A model generated the notes under the pieces. It made no database searches, was not told where the DNA came from, and saw only the letters and a list, made by a program, of their open reading frames with translations. Positions 9,217 through 18,394 of a stretch of 27,705 bases of DNA are shown one piece after another. This stretch comes from Pseudobacteriovorax sp. (lineage in GTDB: Bacteria > Bdellovibrionota_B > Oligoflexia > Oligoflexales > Oligoflexaceae), in assembly GCA_050293845.1 (NCBI GenBank), contig JBNKNM010000058.1, forward strand, positions 1 to 27,705. Direction: 5' to 3'. Within the stretch, counting starts at the first letter, position 1, and the number at the start of each line of letters is the position of its first letter. Position numbers and translations under genes: made by a program.

Positions 9217-9350
9217 AATTTACTCACTTAAACATTTGGCGGCCCCATTTTAATCCTAAATTATCTACGATGTCACTGACTAAAATTGGCCTGTGGATCT
9301 GGGGCGGAAATTATGCCACAACAAAAGTCATTATTCTAGGGGGAGGAAAC

Positions 9351-11387
9351 ATGGAATCACAGACATTTCAACTTACTAGTAGCTACCAGCCCACAGGAGA
9401 TCAGCCCCAGGCCATTACAGCTATTTCCGATGGCATTTTTTCCAAAAAAAAACATCAAATTCTTATGGGTGCCACAGGTTCAGGAAAAACCTTTACCATG
9501 GCCAACATCATCCAAAAATTAGGACGACCTACTCTTGTCATCGCCCCCAATAAAACACTTGCGGCACAACTATTCACCGAGCTAAAAGAACTCTTTCCCC
9601 AGAATGCTATAGGTTTCTTTATCAGCTACTATGACTATTACCAACCTGAAGCCTATATTCCTGGTTCCGATACCTATATAGCTAAAGACTCATCTATAAA
9701 CGATGACATAGATAAAATGAGACATGCAGCAACCCAGGATTTGTTTGAGCGCCCGGACACTATTATTGTCGCCTCTGTCAGCTGTATTTATGGAATGGGC
9801 TCTCCCGCATCCTATGCCAAACTATGCGTGAAAGTTGAGCTAGGTCAAGAAATTGCCCGCAACGACTTCCTACGTCAGCTCATCGAAATTCAATACACTC
9901 GTAACGATGTCAGCCTTAATCGCGGCACCTTCCGTGTGCGTGGAGATGTCGTAGACATCCTACCATCCCATCAAAGCAACCGGGGAATCAGGGTAGAGTT
10001 TTTTGGCGATGAAATTGATACTATCGCTATCATTGATATTTTAAAGTCACAAACCATTCAAACCATTGACTCTCTTTCTATATACCCCAATAGCCACTAC
10101 GTTACCGAGCGGCAGGACATGAAAGGAATGGTTAAAGAAATTCTTCATGACCTTGGGGTTCGTTTACGACAGCTCAAAAAAGAAGGTAAACTTGTCGAGT
10201 ATCAGAGACTCGAACAACGCACGATGAACGATGTCGAGTTACTGGAAGAACTTGGCTATTGCCCCGGTATTGAGAACTACTCACGATACTTAACTAGGCT
10301 TCCACCAGGACATCCCCCCCCAACCCTTCTGGATTACTTTCCCGATGATTTCCTAACCATCATCGATGAAAGTCACGTAACAGTCCCCCAAATAGGGGCC
10401 ATGTTTCGGGGAGATCGTGCGCGCAAGGAAAACCTGGTAAATTACGGTTTCCGATTACCTGCCGCTCTCGATAACCGCCCTTTGAAATTCGAAGAGTTTT
10501 TAGAACGTACCGGTTGCATCGTACACGTTTCAGCGACTCCAGGAAAATTTGAACTTGCTGAAACAGAGCACACCTACGTCGAGCAAATCATCCGCCCCAC
10601 CGGACTCATAGATCCTCAGATTCAAATCATGTCTGCTAAGAACCAAGTTGATGAACTCTTAACCCAGATACGTCAAGAGATAAGCAAAGGGGGCCGGGTA
10701 TTAATTACCACCTTAACCAAACGTATGGCTGAGGATCTTTCAGCTTATTACAGTGATATCGGTATTAAAGTAAAATATCTACACAGTGATATCGATAGTC
10801 TGGAGAGATCAGAAATTCTACAAGACCTGAGGCAAGGTGAAATCGATGTGCTGATCGGTATCAACCTGCTTCGCGAAGGCCTTGACCTACCAGAAGTCAG
10901 CCTCGTTGCTATTATGGATGCTGATAAAGAAGGTTTTCTTAGATCCAGGTCTAGTCTCATTCAGACTGTAGGCCGTGCAGCCCGCAATGCCGAAGGTAAG
11001 GTCATATTTTTCGCCGATACCATAACAAAGTCCATGCAAGAGTGCATCGATGAAACAACAAGACGTAGGCAGATCCAATTAGATTATAATAAAGAACACA
11101 ACATCACTCCAAAGACTATTAGTAAAGGCATTAGACCAGGTTTGCGGGAAATCTATGGGCTAACTGAAGAAGCAGATGCCAACCGTCGTCAGCTAAATAT
11201 TGATAAAATAACCAAAGAACATGGTATTAAGACAACGCAAGCCTTAGAAAAGCTTATCGTGCAAAAAACCAAAGAAATGAAAAAATATGCCGCCGAACTG
11301 GAGTTTGAAAAAGCTGCCGAACTACGTGATATGATTGCTTCCCTTAAAGATCGCTTATTGGTTTTTGGAGGTGAAAATTCTCCATGA
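9351..11387 (+). CDS. uvrB: Excinuclease ABC subunit B
   Basis: PTGDQP, GATGSGKT, YYDYYQPEAY, DESH, GRAARN, C-terminal UVR domain; start moved to ATG 9351 because of the GGAGG RBS. Confidence 0.97.
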   Translation: MESQTFQLTSSYQPTGDQPQAITAISDGIFSKKKHQILMGATGSGKTFTMANIIQKLGRPTLVIAPNKTLAAQLFTELKELFPQNAIGFFISYYDYYQPEAYIPGSDTYIAKDSSINDDIDKMRHAATQDLFERPDTIIVASVSCIYGMGSPASYAKLCVKVELGQEIARNDFLRQLIEIQYTRNDVSLNRGTFRVRGDVVDILPSHQSNRGIRVEFFGDEIDTIAIIDILKSQTIQTIDSLSIYPNSHYVTERQDMKGMVKEILHDLGVRLRQLKKEGKLVEYQRLEQRTMNDVELLEELGYCPGIENYSRYLTRLPPGHPPPTLLDYFPDDFLTIIDESHVTVPQIGAMFRGDRARKENLVNYGFRLPAALDNRPLKFEEFLERTGCIVHVSATPGKFELAETEHTYVEQIIRPTGLIDPQIQIMSAKNQVDELLTQIRQEISKGGRVLITTLTKRMAEDLSAYYSDIGIKVKYLHSDIDSLERSEILQDLRQGEIDVLIGINLLREGLDLPEVSLVAIMDADKEGFLRSRSSLIQTVGRAARNAEGKVIFFADTITKSMQECIDETTRRRQIQLDYNKEHNITPKTISKGIRPGLREIYGLTEEADANRRQLNIDKITKEHGIKTTQALEKLIVQKTKEMKKYAAELEFEKAAELRDMIASLKDRLLVFGGENSP

Positions 11388-13246
11388 GTCTCCGGGAAAA
11401 GATCGAACACCTTCCCCAACTGCCAGGTGTTTACTTGATGAAAGACGCTAAAGCAAGAATCATCTATGTGGGTAAGGCTAAAAATTTAAAAAATCGGGTA
11501 TCACAATATTTCCATCACCGCGACCAGGGGATCAAGACTAGGACATTGGTCGCTGAAATCCATGATTTCGATCTTATGGTGACCAAGTCTGAAGTGGAAG
11601 CCCTGCTACTAGAACGCACTCTTATCAGGCACCATCAGCCACACTACAATATTCTGCTCAGAGACGACAAAGAATATCCCTTTGTGCGGGTTCAGTTTAA
11701 AGACCCCTGGCCGCGTATTGAAAAAGTTAGAAGACGTAAGGATGACGGAGCACGATATATCGGTCCATTTGGAAACGCAGGGCATCTCAACGCAATGCTC
11801 AAAACAGTGTTTAGAGTTTTTCCCATGATTCGCTGCTCTCCCCACGAATTTAAAAATGCGAAACGACCTTGCAGCTATTACCATATGAAAATGTGCTTAG
11901 CTCCATGTACCCAAGAGATCAATCGTACAGAGTACCTTGCTATGCTGGAGCGGGCCTTAGGTCTATTAGAGGGTCGCAACAAGACCGTAAAGACAAACCT
12001 CCAAGAACGGATGCTGGCGGCAGCCGCAAAAGAGCATTTTGAGCTTGCCGCGCAGCTACGTGATCAGATCAAGCTTCTTGAACTCATCAGTGCCAAACAA
12101 ACCGTTATTATAAATACCATAGATGACGGCGATGCTGTGGGTATGTTTAAGGAAGGTGAATATATCACCTTCAATGTTACCATGATTCGCCATTTTGCTG
12201 TTATCGGTCACGATAATTTTACCCTTCCCGCTACGATTGACAACGATGCCGATACTTTGGTTTCTTTTTTACTGCAATACTATCACAACCGTATGGTTCC
12301 CCATCATCTTTTATTGCCTTTCAAGTTGGATAATGCCGCTGATCTAGCCGTAGTTTTCAGTCAGGATCGGCGAGACAAGATCCAGGTCCACTCAGGAGGG
12401 CTTAGCGGAGAATCTTTGCAGCTGATCGAACTTGCTGTAGAGAATGCAAAATTCTTTGCCGATCAGCAGCACCAACTAAAACTCCGCAAGCGCGCCGAGC
12501 TAGAAATCCTGAAAGATTTGTTAAAATTATCAGTCCTACCTCGTAAGATTGAGTGTATTGATATATCCAACTTGCAAGGTTCAGCTATTGTGGCTTCGAA
12601 TATTTGCTTTATGGATGGCAAGCCAGCAAAGGAGCTTTACAGACGCTACAATATTAACTCAGTTCAAGATAAAAACGATGATTTCCAGAGCGTCTTCGAA
12701 GTTGTAACCAGGCGATTGGAGCGCGGGGTCCGCGACGATGACCTTCCCGATCTGCTCGTGATCGATGGCGGCAAGGGTCAACTAAACGCAGCAATCAATG
12801 CTGCTGCTAGCTTTCCTCAATTGCCACTAGCCATTATTGCCCTTGCGAAAAGTCGACTTGAAAAGATACCTATAAATATAGATATGCCGCGAGAACGTAG
12901 CTATGAACGCATTTTCCTACCTGACACGGAGGTCCCCATACCTTTGGAAGAAGGCAGTCCAGCCTATAGATTGATGACACAAATCCGCAACGAAGCCCAT
13001 AGGTTTGCTATTACATTTCATCGTGTGAAGCGCCAAAAAATTGGACATCGTTCTATCCTTGACGAAATTCCTGGTGTTGGCCCTGTGCTGAAAAAACGTT
13101 TATTTGACGAATTTCATGACATTGAAGGCATGAAGAAAGCCAGCCTTGAGCGCCTTTTAGAAGTCAAAGGATTAAATGAAAAAATTGCAGTAGCCTTACA
13201 TGCCATCCTCAAAAATAATTCTTCCCCGAAGATCAATGGAGATTGA
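11384..13246 (+). CDS. uvrC: Excinuclease ABC subunit C
   Basis: GIY-YIG (PGVY...IYVGKAKNL), 4-Cys region, UVR, RNase H-like (ECIDIS, IDGGKGQ, EAHRFA), HhH; ATGA overlap with uvrB. Confidence 0.97.
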   Translation: MSLREKIEHLPQLPGVYLMKDAKARIIYVGKAKNLKNRVSQYFHHRDQGIKTRTLVAEIHDFDLMVTKSEVEALLLERTLIRHHQPHYNILLRDDKEYPFVRVQFKDPWPRIEKVRRRKDDGARYIGPFGNAGHLNAMLKTVFRVFPMIRCSPHEFKNAKRPCSYYHMKMCLAPCTQEINRTEYLAMLERALGLLEGRNKTVKTNLQERMLAAAAKEHFELAAQLRDQIKLLELISAKQTVIINTIDDGDAVGMFKEGEYITFNVTMIRHFAVIGHDNFTLPATIDNDADTLVSFLLQYYHNRMVPHHLLLPFKLDNAADLAVVFSQDRRDKIQVHSGGLSGESLQLIELAVENAKFFADQQHQLKLRKRAELEILKDLLKLSVLPRKIECIDISNLQGSAIVASNICFMDGKPAKELYRRYNINSVQDKNDDFQSVFEVVTRRLERGVRDDDLPDLLVIDGGKGQLNAAINAAASFPQLPLAIIALAKSRLEKIPINIDMPRERSYERIFLPDTEVPIPLEEGSPAYRLMTQIRNEAHRFAITFHRVKRQKIGHRSILDEIPGVGPVLKKRLFDEFHDIEGMKKASLERLLEVKGLNEKIAVALHAILKNNSSPKINGD

Positions 13247-13248
13247 AT

Positions 13249-13542
13249 TTGAATTACCATAAGATTATTCATCACTATAAAAACAACACCAAGGAAACTT
13301 CGATTAGAAACGGTCTTGGCTTGCAAGCAAAGATGATTGATGGTTTAGAATATGATTGTCGCAAAGCCGACTGTGGGATATGTTCTATAAAAATCTTATC
13401 AGGTGCTGAAAATCTATCGGCCCCCCGTGAAGACGAGAAAGATTTTTTATCAGCGATGCAAGCTGAATCTAGCGAAAGGCTCGCATGTCAGTGTAGGGTA
13501 TTTGGCAATATTGAAATAGAAATTCCTGACCTTGATCCCTAG
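13249..13542 (+). CDS. [2Fe-2S] ferredoxin
   Basis: C-x4-C-x2-C (CRKADCGIC) plus RLACQ. TTG 13249 lies 7 nt after GGAG; the alternative TTG 13243 overlaps the uvrC stop. Confidence 0.85.
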   Translation: MNYHKIIHHYKNNTKETSIRNGLGLQAKMIDGLEYDCRKADCGICSIKILSGAENLSAPREDEKDFLSAMQAESSERLACQCRVFGNIEIEIPDLDP

Positions 13543-13615
13543 AATTTACTTTAATATTAATGAAATATAAATAAAAACGGATAGTTATAGCTACCATGAC
13601 GACTTTCACCTAGGA

Positions 13616-13740
13616 ATGATGTCTGTTAGGCAATGCTCAAATTAGAATATGGGAATATTTTTATTACTTTATAGTAGAGATTGCGATAAATCCCATAGCC
13701 CTCATGTTTTTCTATTTAGCATGCCTATAAAAGACCTCAT
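13616..13740. repeat. Long imperfect inverted repeat / candidate structured RNA
   Basis: 13616-13624 pairs with 13732-13740 (8/9); 13627-13646 pairs with 13711-13727 (17 bp, 3 single-nt bulges); 13648-13654 pairs with 13691-13697; T6 at 13744-13749. Confidence 0.5.
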
Positions 13741-13809
13741 CAGTTTTTTCAATGGACATGTACCTGAAAATTAAAAGGTTTTGCGGAGTGAACGTCTCCC
13801 CACTGTATT

Positions 13810-13825
13810 TGGCCCTACAATTGCA
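13810..13825 (+). promoter_or_regulatory. Sigma54 (RpoN) -24/-12 promoter
   Basis: TGGCCCTACAATTGCA has exact GG-N10-GC spacing with TGGC and TTGCA; 37 nt before the ATG at 13863 (AGAGGA RBS). Confidence 0.7.
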
Positions 13826-13862
13826 AAATAAAAACAAACGAATTAGTTAGAGGACCAGTATT

Positions 13863-14879
13863 ATGAAAAAATTGTTACTACTAATCTTGGTGTCAGCCTG
13901 TGGAACATCGCCTACTATACAAAAAAGTGATTCACTGGGATTGCAAAGTGATGTTGCAAGAATAACAAAAGAAAATGAGGAAATTTCCCAAAATGTAGAA
14001 AACGCAAACAAAACAATAGAGCTATTAGAAGGCCAGTTAAACAGCCTCGAACAGGTGAATGAAGAAGTAAAAACACTTTATGACAGCCAGGTCGCCAAAA
14101 AAAATGACACCATAACTGAGTTAGAGTCAGAGATAGCTATCATTAAAGCAGAAGCAGCCGCAGCTAGTGAAGAACAAGCTAGAATAGCACAAGCTGAAAT
14201 AGATAAACTTCAGAAGGAATCTGATAAAAAACAAGAAGAGTTAACCGAACTTTCCAAGTCTTATAAACAAGCTGAAGAGCGCTCAAAAATATTGATAGCT
14301 AACCTAAAGGATGAGTCTAAAAAAGCACTTGAGTTATATAAATCTGAATCAGAGAAATCTGCTAAGCTAGAAAAAGAAAACAAGGCTCTATTAAGTAAAA
14401 TCGACACCGCCTTAAGTGCTAATAAAGCATTGGAAGAAAAACTTGCTAAAACGATAGCTTCCTGGGAACTTTCGAATAGTGTTTTAGAAGACAAGCTTAA
14501 AAAAGCCAATGAGTGTATCGATTCATTACAAGAAAAAATAACTATATTGGAAACCAAACTTGAAGTTGCTGAAAAAGACAAAGAAAGTTTCAAAAATGAG
14601 CTTCTAGAGTCAAAAAGGGTATTAGGAGTTGCGCAGAATGAAGCCGAGCATTGGCAAGAAAAGTACCAAGAAATGGTTGGTGCTAATCAGAAACTTGCTG
14701 AAGAAGTAGAATATTATAAAAAGCAACTGGCGATTGAAAAAGGTAAGAATAAAGAGCTCGAACAAGAATTAGAGGCTGAAAGAAGAAAGAATAGAGAGCA
14801 AAGTGCTAAAATTGACAGCCTTAAGAGTGAAATTTCAAACATATCGCAATCGGCTAAAGCCTCTATGGGAAATGCATAA
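13863..14879 (+). CDS. Coiled-coil lipoprotein of unknown function
   Basis: MKK + hydrophobic core + lipobox VSAC; remainder is E/K/L/A-rich heptad sequence with no Pro after residue 17. Confidence 0.85.
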   Translation: MKKLLLLILVSACGTSPTIQKSDSLGLQSDVARITKENEEISQNVENANKTIELLEGQLNSLEQVNEEVKTLYDSQVAKKNDTITELESEIAIIKAEAAAASEEQARIAQAEIDKLQKESDKKQEELTELSKSYKQAEERSKILIANLKDESKKALELYKSESEKSAKLEKENKALLSKIDTALSANKALEEKLAKTIASWELSNSVLEDKLKKANECIDSLQEKITILETKLEVAEKDKESFKNELLESKRVLGVAQNEAEHWQEKYQEMVGANQKLAEEVEYYKKQLAIEKGKNKELEQELEAERRKNREQSAKIDSLKSEISNISQSAKASMGNA

Positions 14880-15020
14880 ATTCCGATCACCGGGTATCAA
14901 TTAACGTCCTCGCCCCCTGCTAAAGTCTAAAGCCGGGGGATTCCTTCCTGGGTCATTAAAGACACCAGTGTTTCATACCCGAAACAGAGAGAACATTTAC
15001 TGCACACCAATATCTCCCCA

Positions 15021-15092
15021 AGACCTTCTACTCTCTTCGTTCAGCATGACAATAGACAAAGCTAAGGTTATTCTGAACGAAGCAAAGACTTT
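15021..15092. repeat. Degenerate REP-like inverted repeat
   Basis: Perfect 10-bp IR CTTCGTTCAG (15035-15044)/CTGAACGAAG (15073-15082), extended by ATGAC/GTTAT; lies between convergent genes. Confidence 0.6.
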
Positions 15093-15145
15093 TATTTGAC
15101 CAAGTTTTTTAATGGTGCACATAATAGAAGATCATTTAACAAAGC

Positions 15146-16630
15146 TCACTTGTACACAGGTCCCCGACGCAGAGCATTCCTTATTTCATCAACTATCAAA
15201 TCGACTTCAGCGGAAGAGACCTTAAAATGAGGTGTAAAGCGCAGTGCGTTAGCACCACCATGAATGACTCCTATGCCCTGACGTCGTAAGTAAGCTTCGA
15301 TACAATCATCTCCCAAGACGGCGTAACCCCGTGGGTTTAAATGTACCGCGAATAGTAGCCCCGTACCTGTAACCTTAGTAATGACATCGGGAAATTCTTT
15401 TTTTAAAGCTTCCATCTTATCTAGAAACTCCCTACCCCGGTCCACAATATTTTTGCGAAGCTGAGGAGTCACGGTATCCAAAACCGCACAAGCTACCTCC
15501 AATGCCCTGGGATTTGTAGTCATCGTATTGCCATAAATCCCTTTTTGGTACAAATTTGCTGTCTCTTCACGCATGGCTAGTATAGAAAGAGGGTATTGAC
15601 CTGCATTAACAGCCTTGGAATAGGTCTCCATATCAGGTGCTTCACAATCTACAAAATCAGGATAGTCGGTAATACTAAGACAACCATGAGCCCGGAGGCC
15701 TGCTTGAATGGAATCAATTAACAGCAGAGTACCATGCTGCTTCGTCAATGACCTAGCTAGATCGTAAAACTCACGAGTCAATCCAACACCAGGATTCCCT
15801 TCTCCCATTACGGGCTCCATAAGGAGCATTTCATAAAAAACGTTCTCTGACGCAGCCCTTTGAAAGGCGGTTTTGAGTGATTCTAGGTTATTGACTTCTA
15901 CCACATCAAGATTATCACGCTCTCTAAAGGAAGCTAACTGCTTATAGATTTTTAAGCTTGAGTCCGATGCTTGTGCTGGACGGTCGGTGCGACCATGAAA
16001 TCCACCCTTCATAGCTAGAAGCTTTATGGTTTTTCCCTCTTGAGAAGCACCTTTATTGGTCAAGCGACTGGCATTAATATCAGAAATCCGCGCCGCAACC
16101 GTAACCGCTTCACTACCACTATTTAAGCACAGAAACTTCTGAAAAGGGCATTTACCAGATCGGGTGTGACCTATCTCCTTTTTAAGCTTCTCGGTTAACT
16201 TCTTTTGGCTAAAGTTAGCGGTCATGACATTTGCCATAACATGGTTTTTATTCATAGCTGCAAGAATGTTTTCAGGACCATGACCCAACCCCAACATTCC
16301 ATAGCCGCCAGAATCATGAACAACAGCGCCATGGAGGGTTATAACCCAAGGACCTTTGGCACAAAGAGCTATATAGGGGTTTATTGCATTTTTATCGTAA
16401 AAATTCACATAATCGGCTTGTAGCTGAGCAATCAGCTCCACTTCATCCAGGGTAACCATATCGCTAAACTGGGAGCGCGTCTCATTAAAGACAGTGTATG
16501 CTTCTTCAATAGCCCGGCCAAGCGATTCATCTTTTCCAAGAAATGATTCTATCACTTGATCATCCAAGCCAGTGGTCACCGCACGACCTGTAGCTGCCCG
16601 TATTTCTTTCAATATTTCAATGTGTGTCAA
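15146..16630 (-). CDS. lat: Class III PLP aminotransferase, probable L-lysine 6-aminotransferase
   Basis: LNSGSEAV, FHGRT, EPVMGEG, DSIQAG, TYSK (PLP Lys), YGNTMTTNPRAL, IHGGANALRFTP; from memory it closely resembles the Flavobacterium lutescens-type LAT. Start moved to TTG 16630 (AGGGGG 7 nt upstream). Confidence 0.8.
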   Translation of the reverse strand: MTHIEILKEIRAATGRAVTTGLDDQVIESFLGKDESLGRAIEEAYTVFNETRSQFSDMVTLDEVELIAQLQADYVNFYDKNAINPYIALCAKGPWVITLHGAVVHDSGGYGMLGLGHGPENILAAMNKNHVMANVMTANFSQKKLTEKLKKEIGHTRSGKCPFQKFLCLNSGSEAVTVAARISDINASRLTNKGASQEGKTIKLLAMKGGFHGRTDRPAQASDSSLKIYKQLASFRERDNLDVVEVNNLESLKTAFQRAASENVFYEMLLMEPVMGEGNPGVGLTREFYDLARSLTKQHGTLLLIDSIQAGLRAHGCLSITDYPDFVDCEAPDMETYSKAVNAGQYPLSILAMREETANLYQKGIYGNTMTTNPRALEVACAVLDTVTPQLRKNIVDRGREFLDKMEALKKEFPDVITKVTGTGLLFAVHLNPRGYAVLGDDCIEAYLRRQGIGVIHGGANALRFTPHFKVSSAEVDLIVDEIRNALRRGPVYK

Positions 16631-16729
16631 ACCGAAACCCCCTATCAAATTTTACCCTTGGGATGCTATAGCCTAGCTATTACATCGACTGAATAGCCCC
16701 AATATTAAATTATCGTGGCAAAGACTAAG

Positions 16730-17920
16730 TTATTCAAAGGACAATATCAACTCCAAGGCCCACTGGTTTTCACGAAACCACTCCTGGGGAGCTAGGGTGA
16801 TATTTGCATCTTTACATTGCAGTAATTGTTGCTCTAATCCCATACGTATCAAAGTATTGGGGACAAAACTTTTACCAATTTTTTCCCTGATAGCAGCCAG
16901 GTTTACACCCATACGGGAGCGCAGTGCTCCTCCAATATACTCCATGAGCCAGTTTTCCTCTGACCGTACTTCAATGGCCGCCCCATTTTTCCTTAAGAAA
17001 TCATCCAAATTTTCGCAGGTTCCGGAAAATGAGTGGCGCAAGAACTGGCGAAAATCCTTCGGAAACCAATAGCGAAAACCAAGTCTGTTATCTATATTCC
17101 ATAACCCAAAAGCGCCGCAACCTATTCCTAGAAAAGATTGATTTTGCCAGTATAACCAATTGTGGAGGCAACTTCCCCCAGGTCTTGACCAATTGGATAC
17201 TTCATCGTGGGTCCAAGTTTGTTCCGCTAGGCTCGTACGAGCATACTCGTACATATCAGCTAGTAAATTATCGTTCAAGTCACTGAATACTCCTCGGGAA
17301 AGTTTCTTTCCAAAGGGAGTACCTGGTTCGTAAATCAAATTATACAGGCTCAGGTGGCTGAGAGGGTATTGCAGAATATGCTGAATATCATATTGCCAAT
17401 CATCCATCTTTTGCCCAGGCCAGCCGTAAATGAGATCGACGTTAAAATTATCAAAATACAAGGGAACCTTGTCTAATGCCGCATAGATGCAAGTTGGTGA
17501 GTGTCGCCTCGTCATGGTGGTTAAGCCTTTTTTATGGAGAGTCTGTACCCCCATACTCAGACGATTCACTCCTAAGCCCTTCCACACCTTGAGGGCTTCA
17601 ACAGAAATATCCTCTGGATTCACCTCTAATGTCACTTCTTGGATATGGGGACAGTATCGCTCCAATAAATTAAGAACCCCAGTATATTCCTCGGTAAATA
17701 AACCAGGGGTTCCGCCACCAAAAAAAACCGTTTCAACCCGCTGGTGGAATTGCTCTGGTGAAAGAGTCCTCATAAGGGTCTGAAGATGCTCCTCGATTAC
17801 GGAAAAATACTGGGAAATATGATCCTGTTGAAAGTTCGCTGATTTTGCAAAATCACAATACTGACATATAGAACGACAAAACGGTATATGAATATAAAGA
17901 CCTAATTTTTCCTGAATCAC
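16730..17920 (-). CDS. hemW: Radical SAM heme chaperone HemW (HemN-like)
   Basis: LYIHIPFCRSICQYCDF, FGGGTP, RLSMGVQ, DLIYG, HNxxYW; length typical of HemW. Confidence 0.82.
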   Translation of the reverse strand: MIQEKLGLYIHIPFCRSICQYCDFAKSANFQQDHISQYFSVIEEHLQTLMRTLSPEQFHQRVETVFFGGGTPGLFTEEYTGVLNLLERYCPHIQEVTLEVNPEDISVEALKVWKGLGVNRLSMGVQTLHKKGLTTMTRRHSPTCIYAALDKVPLYFDNFNVDLIYGWPGQKMDDWQYDIQHILQYPLSHLSLYNLIYEPGTPFGKKLSRGVFSDLNDNLLADMYEYARTSLAEQTWTHDEVSNWSRPGGSCLHNWLYWQNQSFLGIGCGAFGLWNIDNRLGFRYWFPKDFRQFLRHSFSGTCENLDDFLRKNGAAIEVRSEENWLMEYIGGALRSRMGVNLAAIREKIGKSFVPNTLIRMGLEQQLLQCKDANITLAPQEWFRENQWALELILSFE

Positions 17921-17992
17921 GCGTCCACCTTAGGGGAAGAGAAAATATCCCCCATTTCCTATCGCGTCTTATTTGGGCTTCTTTTTGCTTGT

Positions 17993-18394
17993 TCAGTCAA
18001 GCTTTTTGAATTTGCGATCGGAGCCCTTGTTCTTAACGCGACTATCGTTTTTCCGCAAGGACGATTGCATTTTTTTGCTGGTCCTTTGACGAGAAATAGC
18101 TCTTTGGGACTCTATTTTTGCGGCTAGAACTCTTGCATTATGCGCATTTTTTTCTTTGTAATTCATGATGCCGAACCCTACAACAGCTATCAGCGAAATA
18201 ATCGTTACCAAAAGCCACCCAGGATTTATCAATTTCGGCGTCTTTGTAGAGTTTTTTCGGACTTCAATATGGGGTACGGTTTTTAAATTCCATCCTGGAT
18301 CTCTCTGTTTGCGGCTATGTTTTTTGTTTGTTACAGACTTGCAACCCAAAAGATTAAGCGGATTACGACTCCTTCTATTTCCATTCTTTGCCAT
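17993..18394 (-). CDS. Hypothetical highly basic single-pass membrane protein
   Basis: One TM segment (WLLVTIISLIAVVGFGIM) flanked by K/R-rich regions; GGAGG precedes ATG 18394 (alternative start 18406). Confidence 0.6.
   Translation of the reverse strand: MAKNGNRRSRNPLNLLGCKSVTNKKHSRKQRDPGWNLKTVPHIEVRKNSTKTPKLINPGWLLVTIISLIAVVGFGIMNYKEKNAHNARVLAAKIESQRAISRQRTSKKMQSSLRKNDSRVKNKGSDRKFKKLD

Noticed and set aside
9270..9350. 27-aa N-terminal extension of UvrB in the ORF track
   Set aside because: A strong GGAGG RBS precedes ATG 9351, where UvrB similarity begins
9026..9350. LexA/SOS box upstream of uvrB
   Set aside because: No CTGT-N8-ACAG, GAAC-N4-GTTC or TTAC-N3-GTAA palindrome seen; ATTTAC at 9218 has no matching half-site
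14913..14939. C5...G5 hairpin after the coiled-coil gene
   Set aside because: Large loop, a mismatch in the stem and a poor U-tract
16649..16729. Lysine riboswitch upstream of lat
   Set aside because: Intergenic region is far shorter than a lysine riboswitch and lacks its features
16730..17920. True HemN coproporphyrinogen dehydrogenase
   Set aside because: Lacks the HemN N-terminal PRYTSYP extension and has the HNxxYW motif of HemW
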